Of a DNA stretch of 64,000 nucleotides, positions 18,395 to 30,679 are shown piece by piece. Made by a program: the position numbers and the translations under genes. The stretch's first letter is position 1; every line of letters begins with the position of its first letter. This stretch comes from Alphaproteobacteria bacterium (GTDB taxonomy: Bacteria > Pseudomonadota > Alphaproteobacteria > RF32 > CAG-239), in assembly GCA_015062435.1 (NCBI GenBank), contig SUUR01000001.1:27503-91502 (forward strand), written 5' to 3'. Under the pieces are notes generated by a model. The model made no database searches and was not told where the DNA came from. It worked only from the letters and a program-made list of their open reading frames with translations.

Positions 18395-19188
18395 TGGAAG
18401 ATTTGTATGTTTTTGATATTAATGATTTTAATCAGGGATTAAAAGATGAGATAGATATAAATATTGATAATGCTGAATTGTTTGGAGCTACAGAACAAGA
18501 AAAACTTCACATAATAAAAGAAAGCATTAAAAATTATATACTAAAATTCTTGTTTCAAATAAAAAACATTTTGGATAAGCTTTCTTGTATAAGCTTAGCT
18601 AATATTGTATTGATGCTAATAAATATGGGAATTGATTTTGATGATGAAGAATTTCAATATTGGCGAAATATTTTTGAGTTACAGTATTTAAACAGGTTAA
18701 ATAATATCGAATTTTATCAACAAAGTGATTTAGAAAAATTGTTAAATGCGCTTCAAAGACTTAGCCCCGATTTTGCTATACCAAAATTAAGCTCTGATTT
18801 AGATTATAAGGAACGACAAACACCAAAATTTGAAAGTTTTATAAAAAAGCACTCTAAAACAGACTTAAAAAAAGAACAAATACCTAATGATAAAGACATT
18901 CAACTAATAAATATGCTTAGAGGAATAGTGAAAATTAATAATAAAAAACAAAAACTATTTGAAAGCAAAATACAAAAACAAATTATTGAAGAGCTAAATA
19001 AGCAAAACCAAAAGCTATTTGAAAAAAAACGAATTCATCTAAAAAATCAAGAAATTATAAATCGCGAATTTTCAAACAAAAGGAATCGAAAAGTGGCGAT
19101 GAAGGTTATTGAAGATAAAAATAAACCTATTGATGAGAAAGCAATAAAAAAGCTTAAACTAAAGATGATTTCTAAAAAAGGAAGATAA
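18394..19188 (+). CDS. hypothetical charged protein with internal K/Q-rich repeats
   Basis: 264 aa; start overlaps the ABC exporter stop (TAATG); internal repeats NKKQKLFESKIQKQ / NKQNQKLFEKKRIH; no TM helix. Confidence 0.4.
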   Translation: MEDLYVFDINDFNQGLKDEIDINIDNAELFGATEQEKLHIIKESIKNYILKFLFQIKNILDKLSCISLANIVLMLINMGIDFDDEEFQYWRNIFELQYLNRLNNIEFYQQSDLEKLLNALQRLSPDFAIPKLSSDLDYKERQTPKFESFIKKHSKTDLKKEQIPNDKDIQLINMLRGIVKINNKKQKLFESKIQKQIIEELNKQNQKLFEKKRIHLKNQEIINREFSNKRNRKVAMKVIEDKNKPIDEKAIKKLKLKMISKKGR

Positions 19189-19190
19189 CC

Positions 19191-19808
19191 TCAAACTTTT
19201 AATCGGTATCCGCCTTCTACGGTCAATATTAACTGATCATCGGGACTATCATGTTCAACCTTTTGGCGCAATCTATAAATATGTGTTTCTATTGTATGAG
19301 TGCTTACATCAGGAGAATACTCCCAAACTTCTTGCAATAAGTCATTTTTACTCACCAGTCTGTCTTGATTTTTATAAAGATACTTGATGATGGCAACTTC
19401 TTTTTCCGTCAGTTTCGTTACTTCTTGGTTCCGCAAATTTATAATTTCTTTTGCTATGGGGCGAACTTCGTATCGATTAAAATAAATATATCCTTCGGAT
19501 TTGTTTTCAAAACGATTTATACAGGAGTGCAACTCATCTAAAAAATATGATAGTTTTGCCGGTTTTGAGATAATATGTATGTTTTGACGGATATCGGAAA
19601 TGTTTTCTGTTGCTGATGAAAAAAGAAAAATCGGCAAATTTAGTTCTTTCTGTGCAAACAACGAAATGTCTTCATCAATAATTACAATATCTGCTTTTTC
19701 TGCAGTATTATCTTCAATAATATTATAATCGGCAGAGTGATAAATTATTTGATTGCTTAAATCATTTTTAAACACATCGTCTTGTGATAAAAATAAAATA
19801 TTCGGCAT
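19191..19808 (-). CDS. OmpR-family winged-helix transcriptional regulator with atypical receiver-like N-terminal domain
   Basis: C-terminal trans_reg_C-like segment (VWEYSPDVSTHTIETHIYRLRQKV...LTVEGGYRL); N-terminal ~110 aa receiver-like but degenerate; no kinase gene nearby. Confidence 0.5.
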   Translation of the reverse strand: MPNILFLSQDDVFKNDLSNQIIYHSADYNIIEDNTAEKADIVIIDEDISLFAQKELNLPIFLFSSATENISDIRQNIHIISKPAKLSYFLDELHSCINRFENKSEGYIYFNRYEVRPIAKEIINLRNQEVTKLTEKEVAIIKYLYKNQDRLVSKNDLLQEVWEYSPDVSTHTIETHIYRLRQKVEHDSPDDQLILTVEGGYRLKV

Positions 19809-19818
19809 TGCTATCCCC

Positions 19819-20943
19819 CTAAAAATTGAAACCTACACCTGTGACAAAAGCCCAGCCTTGTTTATTGTTTGAAGAATATTTATCTTCTTCAAAATCAACA
19901 TGTGCAACTGCTAAATATATATCTGCATTTTGATTTACCTGATACCGGTTAGATAAGCTCCAAATCTTATCTTGATGGTTGGAGTTGTTTGATTTTGATT
20001 CAAAATAACTTAATGTTGTTTGTAATGGACCTATCTTGTAACCTATACCAATATCCCAAGCCTGACCTTCTCTATAACCATCAAAAAACTCCGGCATTTC
20101 GTAATCTTGCGAATATGTTCTTTTTCCATTAACATCTGTTTTACGCCAACCTCCACCAATATTCCAATTGCCATAACTTAATCGGACAGATGCCGAATAT
20201 TCATTATCATCATCATGAAACTTTGCCGTTGCCAATGATGCATCTATATACAATCCTGATATTTCTTGAGAAGTATAGATGGCTCCGATGTAACCGGATT
20301 TATTTTTATATGGTGCATGAGAATTTATCAAACCTCGACGATTATATGATTTGGGTGTATAAGAAAAGCCAATGCCTGTACCATAAAATTCCGGCGAAAC
20401 GTAACTGATTTTCGGAGCAACTCCATCTGTGTTAATATAAGTAGCATTTAGAGTTACAAATTTGGTTTGTTTGGTATTGCGTTGCCAATTGGGATTGGAG
20501 ATAAAATCAACTATATCTGAAGTATTTGTAAATACTCCTGTTGTCGGTACTCCATCAGAAAATTGATATGCTACATTAAACATTTGACCAACCATCAATT
20601 GTCCATATGGTGTGTTTAATATAGAATAAATCTCCTCTCCCCATTTGCCTTGATTGTAGTTTTGGAGTTCTTTATCCGCTCCAACCATAAAATCAATATG
20701 AAAAGAGATTCCATAGTCCTCGTTAAAATCATAAAATAATGTACTGTTTAATTCACCGTCACCAACAATATGATTATCTTTTTGTTTACGAGAATCCGTA
20801 TAGCCATAAAAACCTCGTACTTCACCGGAAATTTCAGTATTCCACTCTCCAGCTTTGACAAGTGACGGAACTAATAAAAACAATAAGATTAAAGATCGTA
20901 AATTCATTAAAACCTCTGATTTCGATTGTTTTATCCTAAACAA
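19819..20943 (-). CDS. outer-membrane beta-barrel porin
   Basis: 374 aa; signal peptide; alternating amphipathic strands; C-terminal aromatic residue (…GVGFNF). Confidence 0.55.
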   Translation of the reverse strand: MFRIKQSKSEVLMNLRSLILLFLLVPSLVKAGEWNTEISGEVRGFYGYTDSRKQKDNHIVGDGELNSTLFYDFNEDYGISFHIDFMVGADKELQNYNQGKWGEEIYSILNTPYGQLMVGQMFNVAYQFSDGVPTTGVFTNTSDIVDFISNPNWQRNTKQTKFVTLNATYINTDGVAPKISYVSPEFYGTGIGFSYTPKSYNRRGLINSHAPYKNKSGYIGAIYTSQEISGLYIDASLATAKFHDDDNEYSASVRLSYGNWNIGGGWRKTDVNGKRTYSQDYEMPEFFDGYREGQAWDIGIGYKIGPLQTTLSYFESKSNNSNHQDKIWSLSNRYQVNQNADIYLAVAHVDFEEDKYSSNNKQGWAFVTGVGFNF

Positions 20944-20985
20944 TGTTTGGCAACAGTCAATATAATTATAGATAATTACTTTTCC

Positions 20986-21025
20986 AGATAAAATTCTCCC
21001 CTCAATTTATATCTTGAGGGGAGAA
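20986..21025 (-). terminator. rho-independent terminator downstream of gyrB
   Basis: Perfect inverted repeat TTCTCCCCTCAA / TTGAGGGGAGAA with 8-nt loop; on the minus strand it is followed by TTTTAT. Confidence 0.65.
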
Positions 21026-21029
21026 TGTA

Positions 21030-23507
<2,478 letters not shown>

Positions 23508-23660
23508 TTATATGAAATATACAACTAATTAAAAAAATTACCAAGCAAAAATCGCTATTTTTCCAAGCTTTTGTGCATAAAACACTACATTTTTAGAAGT
23601 AGACAACATTCTTAAAATATTATAAAATTAACTTAAGAATAAACCTAAAAGGAAGATAGC

Positions 23661-25943
23661 ATGAAATACAGTATAATGATTGATGTTGCTAAAGATGTTG
23701 ATACAGAATATGCAGTTTGTGCAAATAACGCATGCAACGAATTTTTAAAATTATTTCCCGAGCATAAAAACAAATTTGATATCTATATGCGCTATGGTAA
23801 CACTGTTTATAATTGCAAAACAGGTGAAACAAAACCATATAATCCGACAATTTCCGAACAACAATTACAAAACATAGCAGATAAAAATCAGTATATTAAA
23901 CAAGCTGACGGCAGGTATCTTATACCTAAGGAATCAATGGAATGGTATGAACAGTTCGGAAAACGCTCTGACGAACAACTTAATTATGGTAAAATCAGCA
24001 AACCTCAAGTTGATTGGATCAACACCAATATTAACCATATGGACAGCAGATATTTTCATTTAGGTGTTACCAATAAAAAATTGTATAATGAAGAAGGATT
24101 ATTCGGATACGGAATAAGCTGCCCTCAAGTAGGAACTTTTGTTTCTACCAGCGGTTTTAGCCAAGAACAATTCAAAAGGCTTATTTGGCATGAGTTCGGA
24201 CACGTTTTTGGCGCAGTTCACAGTGAACGTGATGACATTACCAACACTCAATATGGAGAACACTGCGCTCACAACGGTTGTGTTATGAGAGATGTTGTTT
24301 ATGCCGGCCTTATGGAAGCAAATAAGCCTAAATTATTCTGTGATGATTGTATAGAATCTATGAATAGATACCTACAAACACTTACAAAACCTCGCACCAA
24401 TGAAAACTCTTTAGAAATAGAAGATAACACCCAAGAACTTCCAGATAACAGAGAAAAAGACGACAACTTCAAGCTTAAATGGAGAGAATTTGCAAAAGAA
24501 TTAGCCATTAAAACAAAAACCTCTTTAAGTGAAGATAAAAAAGATACAAACTTTAATGCTAAACTGGTTTCTCAAGATGGAGCTTATATCAGAATCACGG
24601 CATCTTCAGCTAACAACGTTGCACTAATGGCCCGAGATAGCAAAGGAAACAAAAAAGTTCCTGATATGGAAGTATTTACGGCTTTGGCTCAAAAAGCTAG
24701 CAAATCCGGACAAGCAATTAATTTTGGCGATATAAAATCAGCGGAATTTAAAGCCAGATTACTTATCGCTTGCATAGAAAACAATCCTCCAATTACAACT
24801 CGTAATACTCCTAAAATTGATGATGATTTTCTTGCAAGTATAGATACTGCCAGCGCTAATAAATTAAAAACACTACAAAGTAAGAATACCGAAAAGCAGG
24901 AAAATAAAAAAACATTTTTTGAAAAAACTAAAGATGCCAGAAAATATCTTCTGGAGGTTAAAGCGAAAAAGAACATTATAACTCCAATAGAAAAAGCCGA
25001 ACTAACCTATATTTTAACGGAAGAAAAACGTAAACAGGAAAAAGAAGATGCTATAAAAAGAACCGGTAATGAAATAGATCCTCGTACAGCAGAACACATT
25101 GTAAACTCAGGTTTGCCGGTAGAAAATTATGTTTATTCTTCAAAATCAAATAGAACTTGGCGCGGTTGGAAGATGCATTTAGACGTTGTTCCAAATAGAA
25201 ATGACCCCACTACAAAAGCTATATCGGAGTTTTTAGAAGAACTTGATATTGACCATAAAATTGCAAAGGGCGGTGAGAACGGCAAAGGTATGACTATCTA
25301 CGTGGGTGGACATGCCGATGCATCTCGGTTAGCTAATGAATTAAACTCACGTTTTGGGAAAGATATTACTGAACCACCTATTTATACAGATCAAAAAGGC
25401 GAAGAAATTGATTTTAACAAAACAGTTACCGGAAGATTTTATTTGCAAGATATTTTTCAAATTCAGTATCCTAAATCCGCTATAAAAGGCATCTGTCCGA
25501 CTGATTATGGTTCTCTTTGTGACAACAATATGTCAAACCTTGTAACCGCTATCGCAATCCAAGAGAATTTAATCAGCAACAACTATGTTCAAGGTAAAAA
25601 TTTAATAAATCAAGATTTTTATGATTGGTACATTGTGAATAATTTAGAAACATATTGTGCTCATAAATTTTATCAAAAGCATCTTGGTGATTTTTATTGC
25701 GGAAAAGATGCTGATAAATTTGAAGAAATTGTTTTTGAAAACAAACTTCCGCCAATCGATTCTGCTGAAAGAAAAAAATGGAACAAAATCGCAACCCAAT
25801 ATAACAACATACTAGAGCAAGAAAACTCTGAAGCTATAAAAAAGATGAAGATATTAAAAAACACCTATACTCCCATAGACTTTTCAAAAGCAAAACCTAT
25901 ACATAGCTTAAATCCAAACAGTATAGGCAAACAGTTATCTTAA
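23661..25943 (+). CDS. orphan 760-aa protein with N-terminal archaemetzincin (M54)-like metzincin zinc-protease signature and a ~500-aa uncharacterised C-terminal extension
   Basis: Residues 177-230 (nt 24189-24350): HEFGHVFGAVH = HExxHxxGxxH, then C-AHNG-C-V-M, exactly 17 residues, CDDC = Cx4CxM-x17-CxxC; no signal peptide; only plus-strand gene between gyrB and polA. Confidence 0.6.
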   Translation: MKYSIMIDVAKDVDTEYAVCANNACNEFLKLFPEHKNKFDIYMRYGNTVYNCKTGETKPYNPTISEQQLQNIADKNQYIKQADGRYLIPKESMEWYEQFGKRSDEQLNYGKISKPQVDWINTNINHMDSRYFHLGVTNKKLYNEEGLFGYGISCPQVGTFVSTSGFSQEQFKRLIWHEFGHVFGAVHSERDDITNTQYGEHCAHNGCVMRDVVYAGLMEANKPKLFCDDCIESMNRYLQTLTKPRTNENSLEIEDNTQELPDNREKDDNFKLKWREFAKELAIKTKTSLSEDKKDTNFNAKLVSQDGAYIRITASSANNVALMARDSKGNKKVPDMEVFTALAQKASKSGQAINFGDIKSAEFKARLLIACIENNPPITTRNTPKIDDDFLASIDTASANKLKTLQSKNTEKQENKKTFFEKTKDARKYLLEVKAKKNIITPIEKAELTYILTEEKRKQEKEDAIKRTGNEIDPRTAEHIVNSGLPVENYVYSSKSNRTWRGWKMHLDVVPNRNDPTTKAISEFLEELDIDHKIAKGGENGKGMTIYVGGHADASRLANELNSRFGKDITEPPIYTDQKGEEIDFNKTVTGRFYLQDIFQIQYPKSAIKGICPTDYGSLCDNNMSNLVTAIAIQENLISNNYVQGKNLINQDFYDWYIVNNLETYCAHKFYQKHLGDFYCGKDADKFEEIVFENKLPPIDSAERKKWNKIATQYNNILEQENSEAIKKMKILKNTYTPIDFSKAKPIHSLNPNSIGKQLS

Positions 25944-25948
25944 GAACA

Positions 25949-28687
25949 TCAATGCGCTTCTGTCCAGTTTTGACCGACCCCGACTTCTGCGATAAACGGA
26001 ACATCCAGTTGCACTATACTTTCCATTGTTTGCTTGATAATTTGTGATGCTTGCTCAACTTCAGAATCCGGAGCCTCAAAAACCAACTCATCATGCACTT
26101 GCAAAAGCATTTTGGTTTTTAAACCAGCATTTTTGAGATATTCAACAACTCTATTCATGGCTAATTTGATAATATCGGCAGCCCCACCTTGTATCGGTGC
26201 ATTGATAGCTGCTCGTTCAGCATTGGCAACAATTTTTTTATTAGAATCGTTGATTCCGAAAACTGAACATTTACGTCCAAACGGGGTTTGCACATATTCA
26301 TGCTTATGAGCAAAATCGATAGTATCTTCCATATATTTTTTTATTTCCGGCATTTGTTTAAAATATGCATCAATATAAGCCTTAGCATCAGCGACTTCTA
26401 CTCCGATATTTTTAGCCAAGCCATAAGCTGAAATACCATAAACAATACCAAAATTAATAGCTTTTGCCTGACGACGTAAATTTGCATCAACCTTATCCGG
26501 AGCGACACCAAATACATGTGATGCTGTGGCAGTATGAACATCTATACCATCGGAAAATGCCTTTTTCAGAGCCTTTACATTTGCAACATTGGCCAATAAA
26601 CGTAACTCCACCTGAGAATAATCAGACGAAATTAACTTATGTCCGGATTTTGCAATAAAGCAAGAACGAATTTTTTTGCCTTCTTCAGATCGAATTGGAA
26701 TGTTTTGCAAATTAGGATTAACAGAACTTAAGCGACCTGTATTGGCAACTGTTTGCAAATATGTGGTGTGAATACGTGAATTTTTATCAATTAACGAGAA
26801 CAAAGAATCGGTATAAGTGGACTTTAACTTACTTAACTCTCTCCAATCTAATATTTTTTGAGCTAAAACATTGCCTTCAGCAGCTAAATCTTCCAACACA
26901 TCAGCGCCTGTTGCCCATGCGCCTGTTGCTGTTTTTTTACCTTTTATTCCTTGTTTGGTAAACAATATCTCTCCAACTTGCTTTGGAGATCCTAAATTAA
27001 AATCTTCTCCGGCAATGTTAAAAGCCTCCTGTTCTAATAACTTTAACTTATCCTCCAAATAACGGCTAAGTTTTTGTAACATTATAGCATCAATCATTAC
27101 CCCTGATTTTTCCATGTCATAAAGAGTGGCTAATAACGGACGGTCGTAATTTTCATAAATATTCGCTTTACGCTCGCTTACCAAGCGTGACCTCAAAAGA
27201 TGGTGTATGCGTAAACAATAGTCAACCCTTTTGCAACAAAACTCTTTAACTGTATTAATTTCTGCATCTGCATACGAAATTTTACTTTTACCACTGCCGA
27301 CAATACTATCTTCTTCCGGTAAATCTTTTTCTAAAAAAAGCGGTATCAGATCTTTAAGAGTATGTCCATGCTCAGAACTATCAAGAACATATGACAAAAC
27401 AGCAACATCATCATAAGGGAAAAACTCTAAATCCATACCATTTTCAGATAAAAAATGAAAAATGTTTTTCAATCCGCAGCCGACTTTTAAGATTGAACGA
27501 CTACGGAAAATAGGACGTAAAGCCTCCATAACATCTTTTATATCTACGGTTGATTTTTTAGGCGCTGATGAAAATAAGTCAAAATCGTCATTGTTTTTTA
27601 CAGCTATGGGAATATAGCAAGCTCTGCCAAAATCAGAACATAAAGATAATCCACAAACATTATCAAAAAACGGATTATTTCCATCACTTACACAATCAAT
27701 AGAAACAACTCCTGAAATATCCTTCAACCACTCTTTTAATGAGGCTTGCGAATCAATCAGTTCGTACTGTTCTTTTACACTTTTAAATACACCGCTCACT
27801 CCTTTATCCGCAATATCAGAACACCGTTCACATATCCACTTTTCCACACGTGATTTTAGTGTTTTAAAATCATAATCTGATATAAATTTATATACCCGCT
27901 CTTTATCGGGAGCTTTGCATATATATTCCTCTAAAGAGTGTTCAACCGGCACATCTTTTTTCAATGTTACGAGTTGGAGAGATATTCTGGCATTCTCAGC
28001 ATTCTCAATCAACATGCGACGTCTTTTTTCCTGTTTGATTTCAGTTGCATGTATCAACACATTTTCCAAAGAACCATATTCATTAATCAATTGAGATGCA
28101 GTTTTCGGACCAATACCAGGTACTCCGGGTACATTATCAATGCTATCTCCGGACAAAGCCTGAACATCAACAACTTTATCAGGATATACTCCAAACTTTT
28201 CTTTTACGTCTTCAGGCGAAAAAAACTTATCTTTCATAGGATCATAAAGCTCTACATGCGGACGAATCAACTGCATAAGATCTTTATCGGCAGAAACTAC
28301 AACAACATCCATTCCCTTAGCAAGAGCTTTTTCAGTATAGGTCGCTATCAAATCATCTGCTTCAAATCCTTCCATTTCCAAATAATTGAGATTTAATGCC
28401 TCTACCGCCTCTCTGATTATAGGGAACTGAGGTATCAAATCTTCCGGAATTTCTTTTCTGGTTCCTTTGTAATCCGGAAAAATATCATTACGATAATTTT
28501 TTCTTTTGGCATCAAACAAAACCAAGCAATAATCACATTTGATTTTGGTAGTGAGCTTCAAAAACATATTGGTAAAACCATACACCGCATTTACAGGCGT
28601 GTTGTCTGGAGCTGTTAGCGGAGGAAGTCCGTAAAACGCTCTAAAAATGTAACCTGACCCATCTATCAGACATATTTTTTTTGACAT
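25949..28687 (-). CDS. polA: DNA polymerase I
   Basis: 912 aa; 5'-3' exonuclease N-terminus, polymerase motifs (DYSQIELR, QVHDELV). Confidence 0.95.
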   Translation of the reverse strand: MSKKICLIDGSGYIFRAFYGLPPLTAPDNTPVNAVYGFTNMFLKLTTKIKCDYCLVLFDAKRKNYRNDIFPDYKGTRKEIPEDLIPQFPIIREAVEALNLNYLEMEGFEADDLIATYTEKALAKGMDVVVVSADKDLMQLIRPHVELYDPMKDKFFSPEDVKEKFGVYPDKVVDVQALSGDSIDNVPGVPGIGPKTASQLINEYGSLENVLIHATEIKQEKRRRMLIENAENARISLQLVTLKKDVPVEHSLEEYICKAPDKERVYKFISDYDFKTLKSRVEKWICERCSDIADKGVSGVFKSVKEQYELIDSQASLKEWLKDISGVVSIDCVSDGNNPFFDNVCGLSLCSDFGRACYIPIAVKNNDDFDLFSSAPKKSTVDIKDVMEALRPIFRSRSILKVGCGLKNIFHFLSENGMDLEFFPYDDVAVLSYVLDSSEHGHTLKDLIPLFLEKDLPEEDSIVGSGKSKISYADAEINTVKEFCCKRVDYCLRIHHLLRSRLVSERKANIYENYDRPLLATLYDMEKSGVMIDAIMLQKLSRYLEDKLKLLEQEAFNIAGEDFNLGSPKQVGEILFTKQGIKGKKTATGAWATGADVLEDLAAEGNVLAQKILDWRELSKLKSTYTDSLFSLIDKNSRIHTTYLQTVANTGRLSSVNPNLQNIPIRSEEGKKIRSCFIAKSGHKLISSDYSQVELRLLANVANVKALKKAFSDGIDVHTATASHVFGVAPDKVDANLRRQAKAINFGIVYGISAYGLAKNIGVEVADAKAYIDAYFKQMPEIKKYMEDTIDFAHKHEYVQTPFGRKCSVFGINDSNKKIVANAERAAINAPIQGGAADIIKLAMNRVVEYLKNAGLKTKMLLQVHDELVFEAPDSEVEQASQIIKQTMESIVQLDVPFIAEVGVGQNWTEAH

Positions 28688-28800
28688 AAAATCTCCTAAC
28701 TTTTAATTGATTTTAATATAAACAACAAATCATTTTTAGCCAATAGCTAATCAACCTCTGCGGATAAATATTCTTTAACTTTCTTTATGATAAAGTATGA

Positions 28801-30591
28801 ATGAAAGGATTTAGAATCGTGGCTAAAAAAACTAAAAAGAGAAAAACATCAAAGAAAAAGAAACAAAACTCAAAACTTATAAAGTTCATCAAAATATGTG
28901 CTTTGGCGATAGTCTTGTTGTTGATATACATCGGATATTGCTTGTTAACGCTGCCAAATATAAATGCTGCTGTTAACCGAACCAGATTACCGTCAACAAC
29001 CATTATTGCAAATAACGGCAACGAGGTTCAAACTTTTGGAACAGTTTACTCGGAAGTTATCAGATCAGAAGAGTTACCTCAATATGTGGTCGATGCCATT
29101 GTATATACCGAAGATAAGAGATTTTACAGTCATTTCGGTTTTGATATTATTTCTTTTACCAGAGCAATGATTACCAATTTGTTTGCAGGAAGATATGCTC
29201 AAGGAGGAAGCACAATAACTCAGCAAGTCGCAAAAAATCTGTTTTTAACTTCAGAAAAAAGTATTCGAAGAAAAGCTCAAGAATTATTGCTAGCTTTTTG
29301 GCTTGAGCATAAATTCTCAAAAGAGCAAATTCTTACATTGTATTTGAATCGAGTTTATCTCGGTTCCGGTGCTTACGGAATCGAAGCTGCCAGTCAAAAA
29401 TACTTTCAAAAAACATCTCGAGATATTAATATCATGGAAGCAGCAATTATTGCAGGAATGCTAAAAGCACCTTCAAAATACAATCCTATTGCATCTAAAG
29501 ATAAGTCTATTGAAAGAGCTAAAGTCGTTTTAAAAATTATGCAGGAAAACAAGCTCATTTCTTCAGAAAATTTGGAACAAATTTTAACCATGCCCATCGG
29601 ACGAGTAAAAAACGCAAAAGTTCAAGGAGCTGCTTATTTTGCTGATTGGGTATATAATGAAATAAACGCATATCTCGGAGAAAGAGACAGAGATATTTAT
29701 GCTTTAACCACACTTGATCAAAGCCTTCAAGAAAAGGCTTCAGACCTTTTAGAAAAAGCCTTAACAAATAACAAAGATAAAAATGTTAAACAAGGAGCTA
29801 TCGTGGTGATGGACTTTGAAGGCAGAGTGAAAGCAATGGTCGGGGGAGCTAATTACAATAAAAGCCAATATAACCGAGCAGTTTCCGCATTGCGGCAACC
29901 CGGGTCAGCTTTTAAACCGTTTGTATATATTACGGCCTTACAAAAAGGTTGGGAACCGGAAGACATTATTTCTGACAAACCTATTATTGTAAAAGACTGG
30001 AAACCGGAAAATAATGATAAAAAAATTTACGGAAATGTTTCTTTGGATTTTGCTTTGCAAAAATCATTGAATCTGGCAACAATAAATCTTGCTCAAAAAA
30101 TCGGAGGATCAAGCATTATTAAAACCGCTAAAAAAATGGGAATCACATCTTCTATCGAAAATACACCGGCTTTGGCTTTGGGAACTTTTGAAGTATCGGT
30201 TTTGGAAATGGCAACAGCTTATACAACCATTGCAAACGGCGGTTTTGCCATATGGCCACATGCCGTGGAAGAAATATACAGTAAAGACGGTTTTCAGCTT
30301 TATCAACGAGAAAAAAATGAAAAAATCAGAATCTTAGATAAGAAAACCGTAAAAGATATATCAAAAATGTTGGAAAATGCCATAACTTACGGTACAGGGA
30401 AAAAAGCAAAAATAAACGGATTTGCGGCAGGGAAAACAGGCACAAGTCAAGATAATAGAGATGCTTGGTTTGTCGGCTTTAGTAATAATTTGGTTGCCGC
30501 CGTGTGGGTTGGTAATGATGACAACTCCCCGATGAGCGAAGTTTACGGTTCGGGAATACCTGCTCAGATTTGGAAAAATTTAATGGAGTAA
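28801..30591 (+). CDS. bifunctional class A penicillin-binding protein (PBP1A family, short form)
   Basis: GT51 motifs (EDKRFYSHFGFD, RKAQE) and transpeptidase motifs SAFKP, SLN, KTGT; N-terminal TM anchor. Confidence 0.8.
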   Translation: MKGFRIVAKKTKKRKTSKKKKQNSKLIKFIKICALAIVLLLIYIGYCLLTLPNINAAVNRTRLPSTTIIANNGNEVQTFGTVYSEVIRSEELPQYVVDAIVYTEDKRFYSHFGFDIISFTRAMITNLFAGRYAQGGSTITQQVAKNLFLTSEKSIRRKAQELLLAFWLEHKFSKEQILTLYLNRVYLGSGAYGIEAASQKYFQKTSRDINIMEAAIIAGMLKAPSKYNPIASKDKSIERAKVVLKIMQENKLISSENLEQILTMPIGRVKNAKVQGAAYFADWVYNEINAYLGERDRDIYALTTLDQSLQEKASDLLEKALTNNKDKNVKQGAIVVMDFEGRVKAMVGGANYNKSQYNRAVSALRQPGSAFKPFVYITALQKGWEPEDIISDKPIIVKDWKPENNDKKIYGNVSLDFALQKSLNLATINLAQKIGGSSIIKTAKKMGITSSIENTPALALGTFEVSVLEMATAYTTIANGGFAIWPHAVEEIYSKDGFQLYQREKNEKIRILDKKTVKDISKMLENAITYGTGKKAKINGFAAGKTGTSQDNRDAWFVGFSNNLVAAVWVGNDDNSPMSEVYGSGIPAQIWKNLME

Positions 30592-30679
30592 AATAACTGG
30601 AAAATAGTGCTTTTATAATAAGTTTTATTATATATAATGAAACTAATTTATTTTTTAACATTCTCAGAAAGAAACGAAA

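Noticed and set aside
25944-25948. A terminator between the convergent metzincin-like gene and polA
   Set aside because: Only 5 bp separate the two stop codons, so no hairpin can fit. Transcripts must terminate inside the opposing gene or by other means, and I did not call a feature.
27938-28396. 152-aa plus-strand ORF
   Set aside because: It is antisense to the well-supported polA gene. Long AT-rich antisense frames of this kind are expected at this base composition.
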